This document shows positions 1 through 13,469 of a DNA stretch of 64,000 nt, piece by piece (the stretch's first letter is position 1; each line of letters begins with the position of its first letter). The position numbers and the translations under genes were made by a program. The notes beneath the pieces were generated by a model. The model was not told the origin of the DNA. It searched no databases and saw nothing but the letters and a program-made list of their open reading frames with translations. This DNA comes from the human T2T-CHM13v2.0 reference genome, Homo sapiens. Location: NCBI RefSeq assembly GCF_009914755.1, contig NC_060943.1. One strand, given 5' to 3'.

Positions 1-259
<259 letters not shown>

Positions 260-264
260 TGAAC

Positions 265-540
265 TTTTTTAGATTCCACATGCGGTATTTGTCTTTCTGT
301 ACCCAGCTTATTTCACTTAGCATAATGTCCTCTGGTTCATCCATGCTGTTGTGAATGACAGAATGTCCTTCCTTTTTTAGGGCTGAATAATATTCCATTG
401 CATATATACACCACATTCTCCTCATCCATTCATTTGGTGGTGGTTATATAACTCAGGTTATTTCCAGGTCTTGGCAGCTGTGAGTAGCGCTGCGGTCACC
501 CTGGGAGTGCAGGCATCACCTCCACACACCGATTTCCACA
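265..540 (-). mobile_element. L1M (L1MA/MB) 3' fragment
   Basis: TTATTTCACTTAGCATAATGTCCTC..GGTTCATCCATG...GCTGAATAATATTCCATTG. Confidence 0.8.
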
Positions 541-1167
541 ATGAGAATTCAAACCCAACACAACCAAGGCTGAACCCGGCACTTTTCCCCAGACGAGCCC
601 ACACTTCACTCGGCAGCTTCTTGGCGGGGAACGTGACAGTCACAAAGGGCAGACTCTGAACACTCATCCTCTTCTCCATCCTCCTGGATGCACCATGTCA
701 CCCAGTCCTGGTGATTTCACTCTAAATTTTTCTCATCTTTCCCTCTCTCTTCATCGACTTTTCCTGCATCACCCCCAGGTGACAGCCCTTCTCCCCTCCA
801 TGGCTCCCCAAGGCCGGCCTCAGCCTGTCCATGCCACTGCTGCCTGCTCCCTTCCTGACCCCAGGGACTGGCGATTTGCAAAAGCACAACCATGACCATT
901 GTACTTTCCACAGTTTTTAAATTGCATTCAAAAATTTTCATTTAATATCTCATCGTAAGATGAAGTTTTTTTCTTAGAGCCCTTCCCCTGTTTATCTTCA
1001 GATAGAATCAACCCAGGCACCTCTCTTTGTTCTGGACATGCCCATTTTCCCAGCCACATCCTGTCCCTGTGACCTGGGGCTCACTCATCTCTACATTCCT
1101 CCAGGTTCTTTCGCTTTCTCAAACACTCCATATGCCGCTCAACATGGTGGTTCTTCTCACATGCTGA

Positions 1168-1477
<310 letters not shown>

Positions 1478-2129
1478 TAAAAGTTAATTAATTCAGTTTA
1501 AAATTGACCGATGAAAATTGCATGTATTTGTCATGTCCAATATGACGTTGTGGACTCTGCACACAGCGAGGAATGGCTACATCGAGCTAGGCAATGTAGG
1601 CATTCCTCCTGTGCGAATCATTTTTTTGTGGTGAGAACGCTTAGAATCACCTGGATTAGCAATGTCCAATAATGTAATACATTGTTATTAACTGTAGTCA
1701 CCGTGTTGTACATGATGATTCTTGAATTGATTTCTCCTCTCTAACTAAAACCTTGTTTCCTTTGAGGAATTTTCCCACTTTGAGTGCCCTGGTGTCCCCT
1801 GTCTGCTCAGCTCAGGGAGTTTCTACTCCTCCCTCAGCTCTCAGCTCAGAGAGAGCTTCCCCTGACTTTGCAGAGGAGGTCAGCTCCACCGCCCACCTGT
1901 CCCCTAGATCCCTGCACACTTACCCACAGGAAACTTATTGCAGTTCGCAGCTGCAGATTTGGACAATTCTTCGATCAATATCTGTCCTCCCTTCTAGACG
2001 TCCACCTCCAAAGGGCAGGCATCCTGTATGTGTTTCTCACATTTGCGGAATTAGCAGCTCATGAAAAGCGTCTTTAAACAGATTGATAAGTAACTGAGAT
2101 ATGGTTAAAAGAAAGAAAAATGAACAAAT

Positions 2130-2410
2130 GGGTGGGTTTGGGGAGATGCTGGTCAAAGGATAGAAAATTTCGTCTAGACAGGGAGAGTAAGTTCAGGATT
2201 GTGTAACATAATGACTAGAGTTAATCACAATATATCATACGCTTGAAAATCGCTAAGAGGGCAGATTTTAAATGTTCTCACCACAACAATTAACTACGCA
2301 AAGTGAGGTTATATTAATTAGCTTGATTCAGCGATTCCACAGTGTATACCTGTATCAAAACATCATGTTGTACACCTTAAATACATGCAGTTTTAATTTG
2401 TCAATAATAA
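2130..2410 (+). mobile_element. L1MA 3' end
   Basis: GCTAAGAG.GCAGATTTTAAATGTTCTCACCAC...AAAACATCATGTTGTACACC.TAAATA. Confidence 0.8.
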
Positions 2411-3236
2411 GGAATGAATGAAGACGGGACGAGTGAATTGAAGCCCTGCCAGCTCTCTGCCCCGCTCAGGGATTTTGCTAATTTTGACACAACCTTCCTG
2501 TTTCAGGGCGTCAAACCCGCCCTTCCTCCTCCACCCCAAGCCCAGTTGAGATAAATGGGGTTTTTCAAGAGCCTTAATAACAAGGAAATGCAAATTAAGC
2601 TGAGAAGAAAGTAGAAACTATAGAGGAAAACCCAGAGGTGGTGTCTCCACAGAGATCTGCATTAGCAATGGGGACCTGTCACGGGCTGGGCATCTGCTGT
2701 GAGCAGATCAGGGCTGGGGGCTTCACCCTCACCCCACCAGACCCTCAAAGGAGCCTGGCAACCCCCGTCCCACACTCAGTCCCACCCGGGGACCGGCCAG
2801 TGCCCTTCAGGCCCCAGCACGAGCCATCTCCAGAGCCCTCGCTTCCCTGTCCCTTGTCCTTCACGAATGACCCTGTCATCCCCATCGTGTGCCTCCCTCC
2901 CACCCTCTGTCCCTCTAGAAAGTGGCCCTGGGCTCTGCAGCAGGCATGAAGGGCTCCAGGCTGCTCCGACACTTCCCACGTGACCCTGAGCAAGGCCCAA
3001 GTTGTGAGCAAGTCTCAGGGTCCTCACTGTCAACTGGGAAAAAACTCTGCAGTGATGAGAATCACATGCACGTAGAAGGTGCAGGAGGCGTGGGAATGTT
3101 CTAAGGTTGGGCTGTGGTCGTGGCTGCATAACTCTATAAAATTGCTAAAATCCCTGAATTGTGATCCTAAAATGACGTGTGTGGCATGGTGACTTCCTAC
3201 AGTGGACGCTGAGATCCTTCTTTGCTTCCCTCTTAG

Positions 3237-3530
3237 GGGCCCTTCCCAGACCCTCCATCTCGGCTGAGCCAGGCACTGTGATCTCCCCGGGGAGCCATGT
3301 GACTTTCATGTGCCGGGGCCCGGTTGGGGTTCAAACATTCCGCCTGGAGAGGGAGGATAGAGCCAAGTACAAAGATAGTTATAATGTGTTTCGACTTGGT
3401 CCATCTGAGTCAGAGGCCAGATTCCACATTGACTCAGTAAGTGAAGGAAATGCCGGGCTTTATCGCTGCCTCTATTATAAGCCCCCTGGATGGTCTGAGC
3501 ACAGTGACTTCCTGGAGCTGCTGGTGAAAG
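3237..3530 (+). CDS. LAIR2: LAIR2 Ig-like domain exon (exon 3; leader exons lie upstream of the window)
   Basis: tcttag|GG...GTGAAAG|gtgagg; 294 nt, phase 1-1; encodes GALPRPSISAEPGTVISPGSHVTFMCRGPVGVQTFRLEREDRAKYKDSYNVFRLGPSESEARFHIDSVSEGNAGLYRCLYYKPPGWSEHSDFLELLVK, recognised as LAIR2. Confidence 0.98.
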
Positions 3531-4380
3531 GTGAGGACGTCACCTGGGCCCTGCCCCAGTCTCAGCTCGACCCTCGAGCTTGTCCCGAGGTCCCTGGACC
3601 CTGTCCCGGCTGCTGTCCTCTCTCTGTGGCCACCGTTGCCCTCTTCCTGACCCCAAGCCCTCCCCTCCCCTTCTTCCTCTGCACACACCTCCCCTCTGCC
3701 CTCACACCTGCTTAGGTCCCTGGAGCCCTGATCTCCTCTGGACGCCACGGATGGCGTGGACACTCAGTCCCAGCATTGGGTTGGCTCAGAGCTGGCTCTG
3801 CTTGGCTGGGTGGGGAGTGGGTTCCCAGAGATTAGGAGGCAACCCCCCTACAAGGGGATGAGTGTCTTTTCACACAGGATTGATGGTCCCATTTGTTATT
3901 CCTTTCCACTGAGCCAGAACCTGCCCCAGGCAATGTGCTTCTCCTGGTGTGGTTCATCTCCCACTGGGCAGAACACAGGGTCCAGGGATGGCCCCTGACC
4001 AGGGCGGGACAGTGCTTTGGGAAAACCTTTGGTATGTGACCACATGCACTCCTGTGTGTGCTCAGCCCGAGATGTCCTGGAGTCAAAGTCCACTGGAGAG
4101 GATCCAACCCATCTTCATGTCCCCCCAGGACCTCAGCAGTCCCCTGAGGTCAAGAAGAGCTTGTGGTGGGAGGAGCAGAGGGAGTGACCAGCCCCAGGGA
4201 GAATGGGGCAAGCAGCGGGGCTCTCCCCAGCCTCCTGTCCCCTGCCCCGTTTTCTCAGGAGTCTCGAGACATTGTCTGGGATTGCGTGATGGTCATGCGG
4301 CCTTTGGATGGGGGCTCAGGGTGGAGGAGGGCAGGTTGGTTGGGACGGGTTCTAAATCCTTCTCCTGCCCCTGTTTACAG

Positions 4381-4431
4381 AAAGCTCTGGAGGCCCGGAC
4401 TCCCCGGACACAGAGCCCGGCTCCTCAGCTG
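4381..4431 (+). CDS. LAIR2: LAIR2 stalk exon (exon 4, 51 nt, skippable in frame)
   Basis: tttacag|AAAGCTCTGGAGGCCCGGAC...TCAGCTG|gtcagt; encodes ESSGGPDSPDTEPGSSA. Confidence 0.97.
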
Positions 4432-5074
4432 GTCAGTAGCAGGGCCCTCAGCTGGAGGGGATTACAGGGGAATCTGTGCTGCGGATGCTGTTCCGGGTCC
4501 AGCCCTCTGCCCTGGGCTTGGAGTCAAGGTCTAGGGAGGCCACGGGAAGGCACCGACACCCACCAAGCTCTGGGAGGTCGCTAATGCTCACAGAGACCAT
4601 AGCAGCAATGGTACCGTGATTGCAACCTTGTTCCATGCCAGGAACTGTGGAAAGCACTTAATGCAAGCACCACTTAATGGGGGAGGTACTAGTCTGATCC
4701 TCTAACTCCTCCTCCTCTCTAATATGCAAAACATAAATTAAAGTTTCGTGCTTAACGGCACAAGGCCATGAAGGGGCAGGGGCCACCCACCCGGGCAGCC
4801 CCACCCCAGACTTCCGGGCTCGCCCGAGCTCCACGCTGCCCCCTTGTGGGCGTGGCCTCACCATTCACCCCGCTCTGCACCTGATGGAGGGACTTAGAAC
4901 TCACCTTCCAACCTGGGACACCCGGAGAGGGACGGGGCTGCTCCTGTTGGCTCTGTGATCTCCGGGGGAGGCCTGAACGGTGGAGTAAGGTCCCTTAAGA
5001 GGAGGAGGGCTCCACAGGGAGGGGACGTAGCTGTGAACGGTGACCAGGATGAAGCCATGAGGCTTCCCTTCCAT

Positions 5075-5160
5075 CTGGCTCTGCCCTGGACTCTGTGATG
5101 GGAGAGAAGCTGCCTCTGGCTCTGCCCCTGGACTCTGTGTGATGGGAGTGAAGCTGCCCC
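5075..5160. repeat. ~42-bp tandem duplication in LAIR2 intron 4
   Basis: CTGGCTCTGCCC(C)TGGACTCTGTG(TG)ATGGGAG(A/T)GAAGCTGCC x2. Confidence 0.85.
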
Positions 5161-5619
5161 AAGTCCCTGGGTCTCAAGTTGTCCATCTCCGCCTGTGATC
5201 TGTGACCAGAAACTGCCAGGGGAGGACACGGGGTCATAAGCCATTCGCGGCCCCTTCCCCACCTGGGTTTCTATCCCCAGAGTACGTCCTTGGACCTAGA
5301 CCCGGTGACTGCCTGTGAGGCTCGGGCTGTGAGCTCAGGCAGGTGGGACCAGGGGCTGAAGCCACATGGGGAGGTGGGAGGAGCGATGCCGTGCTCCATC
5401 CGGACCCCCTCAGAGGCTCCTGGGCTGCTGGGGCACAGCGGGACATGCTCCTGAGTCCCGCAGACCTGGTTCAAGTCCAGTGTCTGGTTTTTATTAGCCT
5501 TCTGTCTGCGGGAATATCTTGCCTCTGTTTCTCTCCCTCTCTTCTTCTCCTTCCTTCTCTCTTCTCTCACCTTCATGCAGTGACATATAAAGGTCACGAG
5601 GGCAGACCCTCCTGCAGCC

Positions 5620-5800
5620 AGATTGCTGGGTTCATGGTTCAAATCCCGGTGGTTCTGCCACCCCCTGGCTCTATGCCTGACGGTGACTCACCCAAACCTC
5701 CTGTGTCCCAAATTCCTCATGTGAAACAGAGGCAATAGAAGAGCTGTCCTGGTAGAATCGTTTAGGGCAGACTTGAGTTCAGGTACACACGGCGCTGACA
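5620..5800 (+). mobile_element. MIR fragment
   Basis: GGTTCAAATCCCGG..TCTGCCAC...TTCCTCAT.TG.AAA core motifs. Confidence 0.6.
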
Positions 5801-5871
5801 TCAGTGCTGATTAGAAAACCCCAAAGGAGGGATGCTCCTATTAATACTGAGGAAGTATTTTGTCCTCACAG

Positions 5872-5915
5872 GGACTGTGCCAGGCACTGAAGCCTCCGGA
5901 TTTGATGCACCATGA
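5872..5915 (+). CDS. LAIR2: LAIR2 terminal coding exon (GTVPGTEASGFDAP*); soluble product with no TM
   Basis: ctcacag|GGACTGTGCCAGGCACTGAAGCCTCCGGATTTGATGCACCATGA matches the LAIR2 C-terminus; stop at 5913-5915. Confidence 0.96.
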
Positions 5916-5990
5916 ATGAGGAGAAATGGCCTCCCGTCTTGTGAACTTCAATGGGGAGAAATAATTAGAATGAGCAATAGAAATGCACAG
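5872..5990 (-). mobile_element. L2 3'-region remnant overlapping the LAIR2 last exon
   Basis: Resembles antisense L2: GCACTGTGC.AGGC.CTG..GAT.CA....TGAA.AAGACAG...CC.TGCC.TCATGGA.CTT....TGGGGAGA. Confidence 0.6.
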
Positions 5991-6011
5991 ATGCCTATAC
6001 ATACATATACA

Positions 6012-6017
6012 AATAAA
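6012..6017 (+). terminator. LAIR2: LAIR2 polyadenylation signal
   Basis: AATAAA about 100 nt after the stop codon. Confidence 0.8.
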
Positions 6018-6059
6018 AAGATACGATTCGCAATGGAGAATTTCAGACCTATCATTTCA

Positions 6060-6540
6060 ATTATATTAAATATGTTCACGTAATGTATTACATATATAAG
6101 GAACATAATTATATAATAAAAATATGTTAACATATCACCACATATCACTATAATTATATTATATGAAAGATTTATTTACAATATATAGTACAATAAATTT
6201 CAGGTGTTATTATAATTAATAAACAGGTACAAACATAAATATATATTATCTATTATTTATAGATTATAATTATAATAGAAAAATTTTATATTTAATTATA
6301 TGTTTATATGTAATATACATTATACATTATATATTATAGTGAATATATGCAACATATATTATAAGTATAAATCATATACAATTAACATTATATACATTAA
6401 ATTATGATGTATATGTCAAGATTACATAATTTAATATATATTTGTTATATATTATACGTTTGCATAATACATGATACATATAACTATAAATAATATAAAA
6501 ACTGTAATATTGCACATATATAATACATATGTAATTTTAA
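6060..6540. repeat. AT-rich low-complexity (TA)-like tract
   Basis: Degenerate TATA/ATAT composition just 3' of LAIR2. Confidence 0.85.
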
Positions 6541-6784
6541 ATGGTGGCAAATGTTATGAAGACCAAGCCCAGGAAGTCATGGTGTAGAATAACGGGTGGT
6601 GTCCTGGACCTTGGACCGTGGAGGAGGCAGGAGGGAAGGACATTCCAAGAGAGAATGTCTGCCTTTCTTGAAGGATATTGAAGATGCTGCCTCGGCAGTG
6701 GGGGAGGGGAGGGACGCTGTTCCTGGAAGAGGGACGCTTGGCTCGGACCCTGGGTTTGGGGGAGCCCCTCAGGACCGCATTTAG

Positions 6785-7180
<396 letters not shown>

Positions 7181-7399
7181 TAGTTCTATGCAAATATCGA
7201 CACATTAAGTCCTTGTACACACTGTCCTCAGCGTGCCTTATTATTTTCCCCCCTTTCCTCAGAGAAACTATCGACTGAGACATGGAGCAACCTCTCCAAG
7301 GTTAGCCAGGTCTCAGGGGCAGGGGCTGCCTGAACTCCAGGACAGGCTGCAGCTCACCGCGCTGGGAGGTTTCTGCCCTGCCATACTCTCAAATTTTAA

Positions 7400-7727
<328 letters not shown>

Positions 7728-9020
7728 CTATTTGTGCTCAAGTTTAATTTCCTTCCAGGATCTGTTTCCTAGACCTGTGCTCTTTATTTTTGCCTTCTTC
7801 TGTTACATGATGACTGATTTTCTCTGTTCTTTATGTGGGACACATTCTCCCTGCTCTCTCTGTGTGTGTGTGTGGTGTGCGTGTCTCTGCATCTCTGTAT
7901 CTCTGTCTTTCTTCTCTCTGGTTGTTTTTCAACTATTAGCGCAGTGTCTTCTCCCATCACGTCTTGTTTGTTTGGCTTGGACCCTGAGGTGGACAGGTGG
8001 GTAAATGAGGCCTTCAGCAAAGGGTGGCAGCTTGACCTTAGCAGAGGAGGCTGTGTGAATTTTTCTACCCCTTGCAGAGCACAGGAGGGCTGAGCCGACC
8101 CCCGTACCTGCTCCAGTGTAAGGAAGTCCAGGATGTGCAGGCAGCCAGGCCACAGTGAAAAGCAGGACAGTCATGGTTTAAGGGAAATTAAACAAAAGCA
8201 CCCAACTGTTCTTTTGTGGGGATTGGTGGAAAGAGGATGGGTCCAGGCAGAGGACAGAAAAGCAGAGGCAGCGACTCATCTTTTCTTCTGGATCCTCCAA
8301 CCCGCCCAATGCAGGGGCTGGGACTCAGCGCGATGGGTCTGGGGACACTGCTGTATGGAGAGGATGTCCCTCCTGCTCCACCGCCCCCAAGCCCACCTGG
8401 AGGAGGAGCCACGTTTAACACACCCGGTGGTGCAGTGTGGCCAGGCAGAGAGGGAAGGCCCACCCTGTGATCATGACCGCACCCTAATTCCCCTGAGGAG
8501 TGTCCTGGGGGTGAACATCAGGGGGCTGCAGTGGGGCCCAACATGGAGGGGAGGGGAGGCCTCACTTGGGCCAGATGGGGCAGCAGCAGATACTCACAAA
8601 TGTCCCTGAATCCCTGGGACTAAGTGGACATTGAGTCAACAAGAAGGGTCCCCAGGCCTTGAGGGAGCAGAGAGAGGAAGGAAGGACAAATGGCTATCAG
8701 GTACAGACATCAGTGGGATCCCCCCGGCAATCTAGTAAGCAAACCCCACAGACCCCAGTCAGCTCAGGCCCAAAGCCCAAAGGCCAGCAGGAGGGCACAG
8801 AACCACTGTCCCAAGCATCACCTTTGAACCCTGCTTCCTCCATATTGGGCACTACCCTGGGAAGGAGCTCAGGAGAGAGGGAAAGTGGGAAGGGGAAATC
8901 ATACTAAAGAAAGTGAAAAATGATTGTGAAGGGCTGAGTTTAAACTCCAGGGAGTGTGTGCGTGTTCACCAGGGGCAGCTTATGAGGAAGAGTGACATCA
9001 ATGATAGAAGACGTATTTCT

Positions 9021-9329
9021 TTTTTTCTTTTCTTTCTTTTCTTTTTTTTTTTTTTTGAGACGGAGTCTTGCTCTGTCGCCCAGGCTGGAGTGCAGTGGCA
9101 CAATCTCGGCTCACTGCAAGCTCCGCTCCCAGGTTCCCACCATTCTCCTGCCTCAGCCTCCCGAGTAGCTGGGACTACAGGCACCCACCACCACGCCCAG
9201 CTAATTTTTTTGTATCTTTAGTAGAGACAGGGTTTCACTGTGTTAGCCAGGATGGTCTCGATCTCCTGACCTCGTGATCCTCCCCTCCCAAAGTGCTGGG
9301 ATTACAGGCGTGAGCCACTGCATCCAGCT
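9021..9329 (-). mobile_element. AluY-like
   Basis: TSD ATAGAAGACGTATTTCT at 9004-9020 / 9332-9348. Confidence 0.95.
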
Positions 9330-9851
9330 CCATAGAAGACGTATTTCTTCTGTTGAACTGAGTGCACGCTGATCTGTTGCACACACACACGCGAAGCCAC
9401 ACCAACACATACACGGATGGAATCCTCACTGGCGTGCAATGCTATTTAACTCCTCAGGTATTAACTACCTAAGGAAAGAAATGTAATTCATTGGATTTTT
9501 GATGATGCTTCAGTGAAATAAACCAGAGTCTGTTCCATCGAAAATGCCAGGTAAACGTTGACTATTTTTATTTTTCTCTGTTTTATCATGCATATATAAC
9601 AGGCTTCCCCCCCCAACAGGGTCAATATTTTACGGGCCCTTTTATAAACTGCTTGTTCTGTTAAAAATTCACCAGAAGCATCCCTCCTTCTGTTGCACGT
9701 CCGCAATGAGCCCTCAGTTTGTAGCACATCCCACACTGCACACCCTCCTGAAAAATGCTTGGTTTGTGTGATAACATGCCCTGTCCCTTTCTCTCTCCAC
9801 CAGGCTTTTCCATGTGGAGAAACGTCACTTAAAATGTTTCACATTTGATAG

Positions 9852-10228
<377 letters not shown>

Positions 10229-10530
10229 AAAATGTGGAGAATTTTAATAGGTATTTTGTTGCCGACCTTTTCTTCCTGTTTCCTTGGGGATTCGGGTGGT
10301 TACTTTCACACAGAAAGAAAACAGCTTTTCCTGAGGACAGTGGTTCCCACCATGGAACTGAGACACGCTGAGCGTGTGAGAGATGCCCAGAGTGGCAGTC
10401 ATGGCATCCTGATCTGCAGACCACTTCTCGGCTTCTGTCCAGAGCAGAGGCCAGGTGTCTGGACTTCCCTTTCTCAGACCGTTGGACCAGCTGGGCAGGG
10501 TGTTGAAGAAAAAAAAAATCCAGTGTCACT

Positions 10531-11032
10531 TGTTGAGGCACAATAAGGAGGACATTATTCAGGACTATTGCTGTAGGTACAGGGACCATGGTGATGGAAT
10601 TGCACAGTGTGGGAAAGAGACTGGGCTCAACTCTGAGTAGAACAGGAAAAGTGGGAATTTGTAGCCTTGGAGCAGGGTGAGCGGGGTCAGTCAGTGGAAA
10701 ATTGCTAAGAGAAGTCCTCAGGGGTTAAGAAGACCCTGGCTAAACCGACCCAGCAGGATTCTTGCTGAAGGCAGGCCAAGGCGGCCAGACATCACCTGAG
10801 GCTGATGGAGAATGAAGGTTCTTACCTGTGAACCATCTGATTAAGGGTGATCAGATATCTAGAGTTAAACTGACTCTGCAGGATTCTTTCTTAAGTAAGA
10901 ATTGGAAAAGAGTTGCAATTCTTACTAAAATTGGGCAAAGCAGAGATAAACATGGAAGCCCAGAGGTCAGGGCTCGTTGGAAAAGAGCTCAGAGGAGCCT
11001 GAGTCGAGCATGGTCAAGGAGATCGTCTATCT
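10531..11032 (-). mobile_element. ERV1 LTR, MER31-like
   Basis: CAGCAGGATTCTTGCT and AAGAGCTCAGAGGAGCCTGA..TGGTCAAGGAGA motifs recognised. Confidence 0.65.
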
Positions 11033-12089
11033 GAAGGGAGAACGTAGAGCCTGGGCAGGTGTTGGGGAGGAGGGTTTAGACCAAGAATCACAAAGCTCAT
11101 GGGCCTTGCTTCATGGAGGGATCACAGACCCAAGAGCTTCATTCTCTTCTTCTTGAAGAAATGTGACCACTGGGGCTGGGTCTCTCCTGGGCTTGAGAGT
11201 GAGGTCTGGGGAAACCCACAGGTCTGTGCCCTTGGAGAGGCTTAGCCCACCTGTTCCCAGGAGGACACCACAGCCAACAGTGAGAACCTGTCCTCCATCT
11301 CTATCAGACTACACCTTGCTGACCCCAAGAACCAGAAGGGAGTGTCTTCCCCTAGGACCCCAGCTCTGCTGGGAGACCTCTCGTACCCATGGCCTCTGCC
11401 AGTCACTCTCACCTGTGACCCTAAAAAGTCTCAAGCCCTTCTCTGCATGTTCCTAATTCTTGGTCCATCCTATCCTCTTGGGGATGGCCCTTTGCATGGA
11501 ACATCACTGCAGGCCTCAGGAACCCCAGGACAGAGCAGAGTCCTCCGCTTCCTCCATCCTGTGAGCAGGTGACTTGGGATTTCAGATGAGGCTGGCAGTG
11601 ACTGGAGATTTCGGAATCTGACAGATGCTTTTAACTACCTGGAAGGACTGTGCCCTAAGAGACAGAAGATATGAGAAGCATGAGAATCCACTGAAATGTA
11701 AAGGGCTTTAGAGCTACAAGAGAAGCTCTAAAAAGACAAGGAAATGCAGAAAGCCCCCAGTTCCTCAGTGGCTTGGGAGGGAGGTGCAGACTTCCTGACT
11801 ATACAGGAGATGATGGGAAGACTCATTACGGATGGGGGCTAGGAGACCACCCTTCCTTAGTTACGTGTTTTGTGCTGTGTCTTGACAAGAGAGATGAATC
11901 AGGGTCCTAGGTGAGAATTCACCACCATCCAAGACCTAAATGGGTGTGTGTAGACTCTGAAGTCCAAGAAGTTCTGCCGACCGACGTCTGCACAAACCAC
12001 TCTCAGCAAAACAACCACTAGAGTAATCCAGGGTTTCAGAAAGAGTTGGTCTTTTCCAATCTAGCGGAGAATATCTTCTCCCAGTGAGA

Positions 12090-12094
<5 letters not shown>

Positions 12095-12126
<32 letters not shown>

Positions 12127-12131
12127 ACACA
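12095..12131. repeat. (CA)n microsatellite
   Basis: Direct reading. Confidence 0.9.
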
Positions 12132-12419
12132 GTATTGGCTCTGTTTTCTCTGAAGTGTGTGGCCTTTTTTTTTTTAAGGTGTTGTAGATTACTTGGAACT
12201 AAATAGAGGTGATGGTTGAAGAAGATTATGAATGCACCAAATTCCACTGATTTGTACACTTTTACATAGTTAATGGTTAGTTTTATGTTTGCGTACTTTA
12301 TTACAATAAAAAGTAATGATATAGTATTTGTAGAGCAAGTAGCAAAGTCCCAATATGAGTAGAATCTTATCATGCTCATAATTTATACACACAGTGCATT
12401 GAAATAAGACACTATTTTC

Positions 12420-12812
<393 letters not shown>

Positions 12813-13295
12813 TTATCCAGATGTCAAGATTCCATAGTTCATATGAACATCATCTACACCTTGAGCTTCTCCACCTCTTGCTAAATTCTGACTCCTATTC
12901 CAAATGTTCCCAATATATCTGGCCCTATATCTAGACACCATTCCTATTTCCCCTGTCTGGATGCAGTCCAAGGAGAGTGGTTCTTGCGGTTACTGTTTAC
13001 AGTACTGACTGGGATGCTGGCGCCTGTCTGTAGTTTCAGCACCATGGCCAGCGTCCAGGAAGCCACACAGCTTTCTCCATTGTCGTCTCTTAGTTGATCA
13101 TTTGCATATGCTGAGTCCCTATCTTGGGACTCTGAAATAGAGTCTTCCTGGAAAAATCTAATCAGTAACTTTTTTTTCAGGGCAATATTCAGGCATTAGG
13201 GTAAATTGGAAAAAGAGGATGCCAGTTGTTAAGGCGATGTTTTTGGAAAAAAAATAACCCTTACATTCCATGGATTCTGCAAGCAAGTAGAATGG

Positions 13296-13469
13296 CCTGT
13301 TGTGGGGTCGGGGGTGGGGGAGGGGGAGGGACAGCATTAGGAGATATACCTAGTGTAAATGACGAGTTAATGGGTGCAGCACACCAACATGGCACATGTA
13401 TACATATGTAACAAACCTGCACATTGTGCACATGTACACTAGACCTTAAAGTATATACATTAAAAAAAA
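13296..13469 (+). mobile_element. L1PA 3' end
   Basis: GCATTAGGAGATATACCTA..GTAAATGACGAGTTAATGGGTGCAGCACACCAACATGGCAC followed by A tail. Confidence 0.9.

Noticed and set aside
5343-5738. Hydrophobic ORF as a possible leftover LAIR1-type transmembrane exon
   Set aside because: The hydrophobic stretch is a translated polypyrimidine tract and does not resemble the LAIR1 TM (HLYILIGVSVVFLFCLLLLVLF).
8560-8660. Minus-strand GGATTCAGGGACATTT|gtgagt resembling an LRC leader mini-exon
   Set aside because: No proper acceptor at the expected distance and no Ig exon downstream; similarity too short.
11400-11570. Minus-strand GTCACAG|gtgaga resembling the end of an Ig exon
   Set aside because: Upstream sequence lacks the YRC/WS motifs in any frame I could read.
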